From the NCBI RefSeq assembly GCF_001194135.2, contig NC_069000.1:21847197-21911196 (forward strand): a DNA stretch of 64,000 bases, written 5' to 3'. Of the stretch, positions 48,872 to 60,814 are shown in pieces. Numbering within the stretch: position 1 is the first letter of the stretch; the number at the start of each line of letters is the position of its first letter. The notes below the pieces were generated by a model. That model worked only from the letters and a program-made list of their open reading frames with translations. It did no database searches and was not told where the DNA came from. This DNA comes from Octopus bimaculoides. Taxonomy: Eukaryota. Both the position numbers and the translations under genes were made by a program.

Positions 48872-49250
48872 AGTGGCGGCGCAATGGCCCATTGGTTAGG
48901 GCAGCGGACTCGCGGTCATAGGATCGCGGTTTCGATTCCAAGACCGGGCGTTGTGTTTATTGAGTGAAAACACCTTAAGCTCCATGAGGCTCCGGCAGGG
49001 GATGGTGGCGAACCCTGCTGCACTCTTTCACCACAACTTTCTCTCACTCTTACTTCCTGTTTCTGTTGTGCCTGTAATTCAAAGGGCCAGCCTTGTCACA
49101 CTGTGTCAAGCTGAATCTCCCCGAGAACTATGTTAAGGGTACACGTGTCTGTGGAGTGCTCAGCCACTTGCACATTAATTTCACGAGCAGGCTGTTCCAT
49201 TGATCGGATCAACTGGAACCCTCGATGTCGAAAGCGACGGAGTGCCAACA
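48872..49250 (+). mobile_element. SINE family B, full length with 11-bp TSD
   Basis: actgttattat at 48861-48871 and 49251-49261; head carries gactcgcggtc, an anticodon-arm-like motif. Confidence 0.95.
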
Positions 49251-49883
49251 ACTGTTATTATTTGGGTGATGGATTGGAAGAATTGTTAGAGCCTCAGACA
49301 AAATGCCTTGAAATATTTGATTCCAGCTTTTTTCATTCTTTCAGGGCACCATGAAATAAAGTGACTTCAGTTAGTTGACTAAATTTTCTGGCCTTCTGCC
49401 TATGTCATAAATTAGGCTTTTTGCCCATAGTAGGAAAAAAGTTATAATGTTTTTGAAGTAAAGAAGAAGTTTACCATTGTTCCCCCCCACACACAAGCAC
49501 ACACACCTCTCCATCACATGAAACTTTTGGTGAGTCTCTCACTTCCTTTGTTGGTGTCATTGTTGAGACCTGTGTTATCCCTGATCATGCACACCTGCGA
49601 ATGATAGTGTTCCAGGTGTGACTAACCACCCCTATGTTCAGGTAAGCATAGGTTGTCTAGATTACATTACCCAATGTGTCCTTTGTTTTGTATTTCTTAA
49701 AGACAGTTGTGTATAATTTTCAGGGAGATTTGGCCACTATGTCTAGCATGTTGAGTGACCACATAGAGGGAAGGAGAAGAGGGTCCCTTCTCATTTATTG
49801 GAATGCAACATGTTTGAAATTACTGAAACTCAGTCCAAATGTAATTATTATGTGGAACATAAGACACAACTAAGACAATGAAA

Positions 49884-50147
49884 TTAACTCTTAAACATTT
49901 AAACCAGCCATACCTGGCCCGAATATTCTGCCCATTTTATGTTCAAACTGGCTGGATCTGGCTTCATACCTACCTTACAATGCCATTCTAAAATTTGTAA
50001 AAATCACATCATTGAAATCTCATTACCACAAGATAATGCATGATTAATTCAAAATCATCATCATCATCGTTTAACGTCTGCTTTCCATGCTGGCATGGGT
50101 TGGACGATTTGACTGAGGACTGAATAATCTGAATGCTAAAGGACTAA
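49884..50147. mobile_element. MITE family G interrupted by a family D 3' fragment (50055-50122)
   Basis: MITE sequence stops at ttcaaaa and resumes at aataatctgaatgctaaagg after catcatcatcgtttaacg...gaggactg. Confidence 0.75.
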
Positions 50148-51299
50148 AGGAGAACATAGTTTCCTTATAGACATTCAGTTGAATATCTATAATGAAAGAG
50201 GAATCAGATTAAGTATCTGACTTTTGTGTCCTGAGTTCAAATCCTGTTAGTCACTTTTACCTTCCAAACTTCTGGGGACACTAAAATAAGTACCAGTTGT
50301 TTTGTCCAAATACCAGCCCTGATCATGCTGACACATATATGGTCAAAAGTGTTCCATCTATGACTGTGCTTGCATTTTTCGTGTTATTTTTTAGGCATGC
50401 TGTGCCCCATACTACATTGCCCAATGTATTCTTTGTACGATGATTCGATGTGTTTTTATGTTTTGTTCTTTTTTGTTTGTAGAATTTTGACTGCAGTTTC
50501 TTGCAGGTTAAGAGGTTATGGCTTGATTAATTACTACTCATGTATTGGGATGGATCTAAACCCCCACCACCACCAGATATCAAGTCCTGTACCCAAGTTA
50601 GAAATCATTACTGATAATCTGTGATAGTGACAGAACAAGTAGAATGTAAGACCAAATCAATTTCAGTCTGTTCTGAGTTCAAATCCTGGTGCAGTCACCA
50701 TTACATTTTATTTCTCTGGGGAAGACCAAAGTGCAATAAAATTAGTACCAGTTACATTCTATGTTCAGTTCAAGCAACTGTACCTTCCATTCCCTGCTTC
50801 TTATACATTTATATCCTTCTGTCCTTGTACCATTGTGCAAAATCAATATTGGAAAAAGAAATAGCAACAACCTGTGAATGTCTTTTCAAAGCAAATCTTC
50901 ACGTTGCTGCAATAATGCCTTTCCCAGTGACATCATTTACTTTTGTTACTGCTGTCTCTAAAACTAAGATGACCACCACCACCACCACCACCACCACTGC
51001 TGCTGCTGCTAATGGTGCTACCATTACCATAATCTTCATTGTCATTGTTTTGTCTGCCGCTTATATCAACTGAAGATGACAGTAGATGAACATTTAAATT
51101 TACTTTGTGTATCTTCTTTGCAAACTCTGTGTGCATGTGTGTATGTAGATGTGCATGTCTGTGCATATGTGTGTCTGTGCATCTGTCTGCACACATCAGC
51201 AAGTGTTTGTGTGCATTGTTACATCATTGTGCATTTGGTTTAAAGTTAGCTTTAAGTAAACTAATCAATGAATGATTTTGTGCAGCAGAGAAATATTTT

Positions 51300-51720
51300 T
51301 AAGGTCAGTGCAGCAGCAGCAGATGTTGCTGCACATCATCAGCAGCAGTAGCAGCAGCAGGACTGTTTGTATTGACAGCTTGTAGACAAAGCAAAAGAGT
51401 GATGACTACTTGAAGTGGTGGGGATGCAGACTGGGGGGAGAGATTATGGAAGTGGTGGTCATAGCGAGATTGTGGTACTGGCAGTAGTATTAGTGGTGGT
51501 AGGAGCAGCTGGTTGTAATAGCTGTGGCTAGTGATGTGATGTGTTGCTGGTGTCTGCTGAAGAGAGATTACGGTGGCGACAGTGGTGTGCACTAATGGGA
51601 CATAGTGGTTGTAGTGGTGCTATGCATTGAGGTGACGCTGTTGTTGTGGCAGCGGTTGTAGTGTTGGTGGTTGTGGGCATTGTTGGAGAAGTATTTTCTG
51701 TGGAATCTTGGTAACATCTG
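51300..51720. repeat. Degenerate CAG/GTG/TAG triplet low-complexity region
   Basis: Direct reading. Confidence 0.7.
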
Positions 51721-51779
51721 TGGAAAATGATACAGGCGTTTCCTGGTGGGAGGTGGGGTGAGGGTTAGAGTACCCGTTT

Positions 51780-52193
51780 TTACCTTTTACATTCTGCTGG
51801 TTTCAGTCATTGGACTGCAGCCATGCTGGGAGTACTGCCTTGATGGGTTTAGTAGAACAACAAATTGACCCCAGTACTTATTATTTTTAAACCTGGTACT
51901 TATTCCGTCTGTCTTTTATGCTGAACTGCCAACTTAAGGGGACATAAGCAAACCAATACCAGTCGTCAAGCAGTGTTGGGGGGAAAACACATACACAAAG
52001 ACTCACACACGCACACACACACGTGTATATGATGGGCTTCTTCAGTTTCCACCTACCATATCTGCTCACAACCCTTTGGTTGGCCTGGGGCTATAGTAGA
52101 AGACACTTCCCCAAGGTGTCATGCAGTGGGATTGAATCTCGGACTGTGTGGTTGGGAAGCAAACTGCTTACCTCATGGCCACACCTGCACCTA
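51780..52193 (-). mobile_element. SINE family A copy
   Basis: All family blocks present. Confidence 0.88.
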
Positions 52194-52344
52194 TGTTTTC
52201 ATATAAAAAGAGCAAAACATTAGTGAAGTCAATGGTGGCATTGGTAATGTCATTTTTTTTTTTCTTTTTCATGGCAATTGAAAATTGTGCTCAGTACTGC
52301 AGTGAAAACATGTGATAAAAATAAGACTACTGAATAATAATAAT

Positions 52345-52640
52345 AACTGCAGGTGCCCTAGGTATGATAAAAAAGGGATTCAGAAACATCTAGATAAGAT
52401 CCCAGGAGAATCATGTCTCAGAGAAATCCAAAAGATTGTGCTGACAAGTATTGCCCACATCCATTTAAATGTATGTGTTATATGACATGAAGATATTTCA
52501 GTACTGCCCCTGTCACTTCCCCTCCCCAAGCTTTCAGTCATACTGTAACATCTCTTTTTCTTCACTCACCCCAGGACGCTGGGTGTGTCTCTGCAAGTGA
52601 TTGTAACAAACATGCAGATTAAACGTAAAAATAAAATAAT
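52345..52640 (+). mobile_element. R4/Dong-like retrotransposon 3' fragment (type 2)
   Basis: GALGMIKKG/QKHLDKIPGESCLREIQKIVLTSIAHI plus a 3' UTR closely matching the reverse complement of 40285-40600; AAT tracts on both sides. Confidence 0.85.
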
Positions 52641-52659
52641 TATAATAATGATAATAATA

Positions 52660-52882
52660 GTTCTTTCTACTTTTTGTCCAAGGCCAGCAATTTTGAGGGA
52701 TGAGGAAAGTCAATTACATCCACTCTCACAACCATCCACTTGTCTGGTACCTTATTTTATTGCCCTCAGAAAGATGACAGACAAAGTCAACCTTGGTGAC
52801 ATTTGAACTCGGAAGAAATGCCACTAAGCATTTTGTCCAGCACAGTAATGATTCTGCAACTTAGCACCTTAATAATAATAAT

Positions 52883-52936
<54 letters not shown>

Positions 52937-53388
52937 AATCCTTTCTACTATAAGCACAAGGCCTGAAATGTGGGGATTACATTGGCCCCAGTGTTCCACT
53001 GGTACTTAAGTTATTGACCCTGAAAGGATGAAAAGCAAAGTTGACCTCAATGAAATTTGAGCTCAGAACATAGTGACAGGTGAAATAATGCTAAGTATTT
53101 TGTCCAGTGTGCTAATGATTCTGTCAACTTACCACCTTACTACTATTAATGATAATAACAGTGATAATAATAATTATCCTTTCTGCTATAGGCACAAGGC
53201 TTGAAATTTGGGGGAAGGGGCTTGTCAATTAAATCAACCCCAGTGCATAACTGATACTTATTTCACTGACCTCAAAAGGATGAAAGACAAAGACCTCAGT
53301 AAAATTTGAACTTAGAACATAAGGATAGACGAAATGCCGCTAAAAATTTTGCCCAGTGTGCAAATGATTCTGCCAGTTTGCCACCTTA
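52660..53388 (-). mobile_element. Three head-to-tail SINE C1 copies (about 52660-52870, 52937-53140, 53177-53388) separated by AAT tracts
   Basis: Each has ttgacc.tgaaaggatgaaa and ttgaact.agaac, and ends in ctgccag/ttagcacctt-aataat. Confidence 0.88.
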
Positions 53389-53393
53389 ATAAT

Positions 53394-54024
53394 AACAAGA
53401 GCACTGAGAGCATGCAAACCTCCGCCAAGGCAATACCAACATCCTCTCAATGATTAGCCGGAGATGATTTTTAAGATGAGAATATCTGAGATAAACTTGA
53501 CTGCTCTCACAAACGAGAATACTAAAAATGAACCCAACAGCTCTCAAAAATTAAGTAAAAAAAATAACGAAAAATAATCCAGACTCCTTGCCCAATACCT
53601 GATCGATCTTAATGGCAAAATCGTTTTGCTGCCGTTTGTTTATGTAGTTTGATTTCTTTATCCACCAATTTCTACTAAGATAGAGACACGAATGAAATTA
53701 ATAATATAGAAATGAAAATAAAACTTTGGAAACAGCAACGCTGCCATAACTTACATGGAAACCATGAGCGTGCTTTCAAGGGGGATAATCAGAGAAAGAC
53801 TTGAAAGTCAATGTAAGATCGTAATACTTCAACAATCCAGAATCCTTGTCTAGTACTGGATCGATCCCAAAATCTGATCAGTTCATGCCAGTCACAAGGC
53901 CAAACATCCCTGAAAGTTTTATCCAAATCCATCCAGCAGTACTTGAGATATCATGTCCATGGACAAACAAAGAAACAAGCACAACTGAAAGCAATACCTC
54001 TGCCCTCGCTAAGGCAGAGATAAT
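53394..54024. mobile_element. Helentron-like non-autonomous element (HINE/DINE-1-type architecture)
   Basis: 5' acaagagcactgagagc..acctccgccaagg; 3' terminal hairpin acctctgcc-ctcgctaa-ggcagagat, also complementary to the 5' subterminal motif; internal duplicated aatccaga..ccttg...gatcgatc (53575 and 53833). Confidence 0.55.
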
Positions 54025-54036
54025 AATAATATTAAG

Positions 54037-54254
54037 AATGGTTTCAAATTTTTCCACAAGGGCTGCAATTTTGGGGCAGGGTATGAGTTGATTACATTGA
54101 TGCCAGTGTTTCACTGGTACTTAATTTATTGACGCTGAAAGGCTGGAAGCCAAAATCGATCTCAGCAGAATTTGAACTTAGAATGTAAAGACAAACGAAA
54201 TGTTGTGAAGCATTTTGCCCGGCATGCTAACAATTCTGTTAGCTCGCCGCCTTA
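54037..54254 (-). mobile_element. SINE family C1 copy
   Basis: Complete copy; a further degenerate copy follows at about 54300-54470. Confidence 0.88.
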
Positions 54255-54779
54255 TTGATAATAATAATAATAATAATAATTTCTAACATAATCAGTAGAC
54301 CACACATTATGAAGAACATAATTCAATATATCAATCCCAATACTTGACTGGTACTTTTAATCATCAGAAGAGAGATAAAAAAAAAAAACAAAGCTGACCT
54401 TGATGGAATTTGAATTCAGGATGTAACTAAATGTCATGAGGCATTTTTTCTGATGCTCTGCCAATTCAGCTATGACTGCACTCATATTGATATTAATAAT
54501 TTCTTACATTGTCACAAGATCACAAATTTCTAAGAGAGGAGTACAGCAACTATCAGTAAATTACTGATACTTGTTTTATTAATTCTGCATTTAATAGTTT
54601 CCAACTTTTCTTACATGGCTACAAATTTGTATGGAGTATTGTGATATTCATATCTTTCCCAAGAATTTGTTACCATTAATGTAAATGAAACAGTTCTGCT
54701 TGGAGACTGAAAGTAGGTCGCGATGGTTATATATGTGTATGTTGTGACATTGTCAGGGCAAATATATTATCAATGGGTT

Positions 54780-55260
54780 GTTCTTCTCAATGCTGTCAAT
54801 ATTATGACTTCGGTCTATGCGGTGATTCCTGTCAATAGTATGATGTTAGTCAAAACTATAAACCTTCTCCTGCTACTAATATGACATTGGCCAGTGCAGT
54901 GGTGACCAATAGTATACTCTTGTTCAATATTGTTACTCTATTCAGTGTTGTAATACTCGTCATTAGTATGGCATTGGTCAATGCTGTGATCGTGTTGATA
55001 CTAAAACAATCATTAGTGTTGTGACCTCCTTCAATAGTAAAATATTGATGAGTCCTGTGACCTTCTCAATAATATGCCTTTGTTCAATGTTGTGACCTTG
55101 TAATTAGTAGGCTGTTAGTACTGTGGCCATGTCAAGAATATGACATTGGTCAAGCAGTAACACCTGTCAGTAGCTTACACTGGTTATTTGTGTGATCCTG
55201 TCAATAGTATGCCTTTGTTTAGTGTTTTAACTTTGTCATTGATATGGTGTTGGTGAATCC
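54780..55260. repeat. Degenerate 36-bp minisatellite built from 18-bp subunits
   Basis: gtcaat-like anchors at 54795, 54831, 54959, 54995, 55030, 55066 and 55100. Confidence 0.7.
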
Positions 55261-56476
55261 CTTCTGTTACTTTGTCAGCTAAGGATAAACATCATAAAAA
55301 CTGGTGCTTATCTCCAGTTTCATAGCATTGTACAGATGAGAGATAAATGCATTTAAAATCAAGTCTATGGCCCAGATGCAAAATGGAATGCTTGCAGTAG
55401 ATTTGAATTGAATATCATTGTGCTTTTAGTACATTACCTTATCCACTTGGTCATTTCATTCACTTGAAGTGATCGTATTATAACTTGTTTTATTTTTTGA
55501 ATTTATTAATTGATAATGGTGGTGGAGAAAGGCCAGTGTATTTGAGCTCTACTGACTCTCTTAGACAGGTGACGATGATATTGACATTTGGTGGGTCTCT
55601 CAGTTTGGTGACAATGATGTGGTTGGTGTTCTACTGTAGGGGAAACATGGACAAAAATAAATTTCAGAAGAATATAGTTCTGAAATGGAAGATTGGAATT
55701 ATGCAGCACAGTAATAATATTGAGAGAAGCTGGGGCAGGTACACGAGGAAAGCTACAGTGGAAGTATTATGTAGATTGCAGGTTCAAAAGAGAAGAGGCT
55801 AGTGTAGCATCAGTCTTAGTAAGAATAATAGGAAGAGACCACCGGTTGTGTGTAGCATATTGCTGTGTGAATCACTGTCAAGCAACCAAATGTCCTTTTT
55901 TCATAGATGTACTGTAGGATGTTAGTATATGTGTAACAGCAGTAATGCCATCCTAGATACATAAGCAGGATTCTGATATTGTTGTTCCCACATGAATGTT
56001 GTAAAGTTGGCAGCTGGTCACAGATGAAATATTTCCTGGACTTTGTTAGTTGCTTTGTGTGCATTAATTATACATTAAGTGTATTGATATTGTTAATGTG
56101 CTTAACATACCGAGGGCATTGACCTTGTTGATGCAGCAATGCAGTGATCTTGGTGGTGCAACAGTGCAGTGATTTTAGTTGATATTGAGGTTTTGGTTGG
56201 TGTAATGACCTTGTCTCTTCAGTGAGTTAGTATTTCTGATAAGCTATGATCCTTTTTCGTCCATACTCTGATTGACCCCCTGTTCAGTGTTTCCCTTCTA
56301 TGTCCTACAAAATATGAAAGTGCAACAACCTCAGGAGCAGTAATAACAACAACAATACAATAGCACCACCACTAACATCAACAATAGTGCTAGTAACAAT
56401 AATAGTTACAAGGATAACAATTTTAGAAATAATACATTTCTAAATCTCTGACAGATTTATGCAGTAGTGATACGAC

Positions 56477-56638
56477 GAAGTAGTTATATGATGTCAACTT
56501 AATGTGACAGTCCCCTGAAGGGAATAATGCTATTGTTGGTTAGACCTAGGAAGCGGTGCAGCTTCCTAGGTCTAACCAACAGTAGTATTATTCCCTTCAG
56601 GGGACTGTCACATTAAGTTGACAGCATACAACTACTTC
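56477..56638. repeat. Long inverted repeat: 78-bp arms, 6-nt loop
   Basis: 56477-56554 against the reverse complement of 56561-56638 gives 74/78 identity by hand alignment; loop ggtgca. Confidence 0.95.
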
Positions 56639-56659
56639 AAGGATAACAATATTCATGAT

Positions 56660-56872
56660 AATTCTTTCTGATTTTAACACAAGGCCAGCAATTTTAAGAG
56701 GAGGAGTCAGTTGGTTACATTGACCCTTGGGTTCATCTTGTACTTATTTTATCAACCCTAAAAGGATGAAAGTCAAAGTCAACCTCAGTGGAATTTGAAC
56801 CTAGAATGTAAAAACGGATGAAATGCCAAAGAGTATTTTGTCCAGTGTGCTAATGATTCTGCCAGCTCACCC
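56660..56872 (-). mobile_element. SINE family C1 copy
   Basis: Complete copy. Confidence 0.88.
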
Positions 56873-57143
56873 CCTTTCAACAAGCATAGTAATAACACCA
56901 CCACTAAAATAATAGCACCGATAACAACAAACCACAAATAACAATAACACAAGCTACTAAAAATAGCATTCAAATTTGTCTCAAATCATACTCTACTTTC
57001 CTAGAAAAGAGACATGTTATATAATGTGCTTCTGTGTTTCCTGTACATAAGAGATGATGGTCATGGCTGGAGTTTCTTTACAACAATACCAGTGATGTCT
57101 ATAAAAACATTAATTACAATTATGCAATTGCATCAATGCTAAT

Positions 57144-57554
57144 AATAATAATAATAACACCAGGTAGCTAATTAGTGATCCTCTATAAAATCACTTAATC
57201 TGCTAAAAATAGCAACCAAATTCCCCCCTCCCAACAAAACCCACATTCTATTAGCTTAAAAGATGAAGGGCACATTGGATAATAATAATAACAACACCAG
57301 GTAGCTAATTAGTGATCCTCTATAAAATCATTTAATTTGCTAAAAATAGCAACCAAATTCCCCCCTCCCAACAAAACCCACATTCTATTATCTTAAAAGA
57401 TGAAGGGCACATTGGATAATAATAATAACAACACCAGGTAGCTAATTAGTGATCCTCTATAAAATCATTTAATTTGCTAAAAATAGCAACCAAATTCCCC
57501 CCTCCCAACAAAACCCACATTCTATTATCTTAAAAGATGAAGGGCACATTGGAT
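57144..57554 (+). repeat. 137-bp tandem triplication of the front of a family F repeat
   Basis: caggtagc at 57161, 57298 and 57435 (period 137); unit 3 continues into the rest of the family F element to about 57670. Confidence 0.95.
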
Positions 57555-58282
57555 AATGTAGCCCAGGATGCATACTGAAAAGAGATATTCATAGACATAG
57601 ATGGAACATCTTTGATTATAAATAAGGCTTCTCAATGGAATCTGACCTGGGGTTAAACAACAACACTAACATTTGAAGAACAGCAATATATGACCACAGC
57701 AACAAGTTGAAGAAACTACTTTATTATTAAATGTCAACAACAACAACAATATTTGACAGCTGCAGAACGCATAATTGGAAATGCTGCAAAGAAGTGCAAG
57801 AAGGACACAATAGAAAAAAAAAGACTGCAATTAGGTGCAATATTGGCAACATCAGCAATACAGATTGTTGAATGCTGTTGTCTTTTTTTTTTTAGATATT
57901 GCAAGACAAGCCAAGAACTTCTTCCAAGAACACCACCAAAATTTGTACAACAGGAACAATTGCCAAGATGTTGACGACCTCCCTCTCATAGTGATGGCAC
58001 CTCTTTTGTCTAATTGTATTTTGTTTTCTTATATATATATATCTTTTTATCAGTGTGTTGGCTTTTATGTCTGCCTGTAAGCCTGCTTGCCCATCTGGCA
58101 GTCTGTTTACCTCTCAGTTTTTCCATCTGTCTATCTGCCTGAGATTAACCCTCTCAGTCTGCTTGCCTGTCTGACAGCCTGTTTACCCATCTGCTAGCTA
58201 GTTTCCCTGTCTGACAACTAGTTCACCTACCTCTCACTTAGTTTACCCACCTGACTAGTTTATTTCCCATCTGTTAGCATCT

Positions 58283-58663
58283 TTTGTCTTTTATCAATAA
58301 CTTGTTTCAGTCATTAGGCTACGACCAATCTGGGGCACTGCCTTGAAGAATTTTAGTCGAATGAATTGACCCCAATACTATTTTTTAAGCCTTGTACTTA
58401 TTTTATCAGTCTCTTTTGCTGAACTGCTAAGTTACAGGAATGTAAACACACCAACACCAGTTGTCAAGTAGTGGCGGGGGACAGACACACACGCACGCAT
58501 GATGGGCTTTTTTTTAGTTTCCATCTACCAAATCCACTCACAAAGCTTTAGTCGGACTGAGGCTATATTAGAAGACACCTGCCTAAGGTGCCATGCAGTG
58601 GGTATGAACCCAGAACCATGTAATTTTGAAGCAAACTTCTTACCACACAGCCACTCTTGTGCC
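58283..58663 (-). mobile_element. SINE family A copy
   Basis: All family blocks present. Confidence 0.88.
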
Positions 58664-60621
58664 TATAGATTTTCCTCTTTCTATCTTACATGCCAGATCT
58701 TACAATCTCTGATCACCTTTCATGGCAACCTCACATAATGTAAATGGATCCTCTGTTCATTTCAAGAATGAGTATTCCAGCTGTTCAGTCAACTGAACTT
58801 CCCACTCAGAGTAAAGTGCAAATGGCTGAATATCCTATAGATATGTGTGTCCTTTACATAATTCTTAGACAGAATCAGTGTGATACAATGGCTGACAACT
58901 GTGTAATGCTGATTCGACTTAAGGATCTCATTCAAGGTAGAAATATCTGTGGAACTGGCAGCCATTTACATTGTAATTTAAATGAGTGTGCAGTTTTCCA
59001 TTGATCAAATGAATGGAATATTCACCCAGTAATGGTACAAGATCAAGGAAAGATGAGTGAAGGATAGAGAATATTAAAGAATTTTAAATATAGAGAATAT
59101 AATTATGGTATTGTTTTTAATTCCATAGTTACTGTTGTTTCATTACATGGGAAATATGTTTTATGAACATAAATATTAATAATAATTTCAATATAAGGAA
59201 TTCATAATATAATAATATATACTTGACTTGGAATTTTAACTGGTATGTATGGTTTTCATACTCAATTTGTCCCTCAAGCCTTCCCCATCTTCTCATCTCC
59301 CTATAATTCATTCCTTTATCACTCTTCAGCTGCATTATTCTGCTATTGAAATTGAGTGAGTGCATTAATGCATATTTCATTCTGTTTCTGTGCTACCAGT
59401 CATCTCTCTCTCTCCCCTGAACTACATTGTATTGACACTCATTCTTATCACCATCTAGTATTTACCATCAACCACTATTCACTATATTTATCACCCCAAC
59501 ATGCCTCTGACCACTTTCACCCTTGCCAACTAAACATATTGCATTTTCTTTCCTCTCACACACAATCTTACAACTTTTACCCACCTGCACCCATCCATCA
59601 TCTCCCTCTCTCATACTCTTACTCTACAATTATATTATTGTTCTGCTGCTCTTCACTTTTCTGCACTGCCATCCATCACCTTCTCACCCTTGATGCACTT
59701 TTATATCTCATCACCTTTCCCTTAACTTGCCTACATCCATATTAGCTATGCACTACATTCACGTCTCTCCTCACCTGCCAAATTTCTAACTCTCTCACCT
59801 GTGAACTTCACTACCCACCTTCCTTGATCTTCTATCTCTTCTCTCTCTTCGTCACATTCTTGTACCATAAGAGTATGCTGTGACACCTCATCACTATCAT
59901 CTTTATCTGTGTACCAAGTTCACCCCAATTACTACCACTCATGCATATAAGCATGAATGGTCTCTCCTTTCCAGCAAGAAACTGCTCCTGTCCTTCTCTT
60001 GTATCATAATCTGTCAATGCTTGGCATAAAACCACCCTTGTCTCTTCTATACTCAGTCAAAAGGGCTTGGTTCTACAATACACACCCAGTACACTCTGCA
60101 AAGTAGTTGTTGTTAAGAAGGTCATCCAGCTATAGAAACCATACTAAAGCAAACACTGAAGTTCAATACAGACCTCCAATTAGATATTGTCAAACCATCC
60201 AGTCTATGCCAATATAAAAGACAGATTTCAAATGATGATGATGATGATGATATTCATATGTATATATCATTTCACCTATGCCCTGATCCCTGTTCCTTGT
60301 GAGTGTACCCTCACACTTATCACCATCCCTCTCCTGCTCTTGCTGTTTCCTACTTTCTCTCTCTCTCTCTCTCTCTCCCCCTCTTTCTCTCTCTCTCTCC
60401 CCTCTGGCTGAGTAATCACGTATCTCCTCTTCAGCAACAAACCTGTTTCGGCCCTCATCCTTGATCACTTTCTCTCCTTCCTTCTCTTGCTCTTACCTCT
60501 GGCTAGGTAACCATGTATCTCCTTTAGAGCATCACTCTTTTTTTCTTAACTCCTCCTCTCTCTCTAGGTAACCATGTCCCTCCTCTTCAGCAGCACACCT
60601 CTTTCTGCTCTCATTCTTGAT

Positions 60622-60814
<193 letters not shown>

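Noticed and set aside
48875-48950. tRNA-Arg-like sequence (also 3600-3670 and 31340-31415)
   Set aside because: It runs directly into a 390-bp repeat body with TSDs and lacks a proper acceptor stem; these are SINE heads, not tRNA genes.
57144-57554. Regular repeat that could be mistaken for a CRISPR array
   Set aside because: The units are contiguous 137-bp duplicates with no unique spacers, in eukaryotic DNA with no cas genes.
57880-58000. Strong plus-strand acceptor (t)n-ag at about 57896 followed by open frames
   Set aside because: No donor or recognisable peptide, and the downstream sequence is CAA-rich low complexity.
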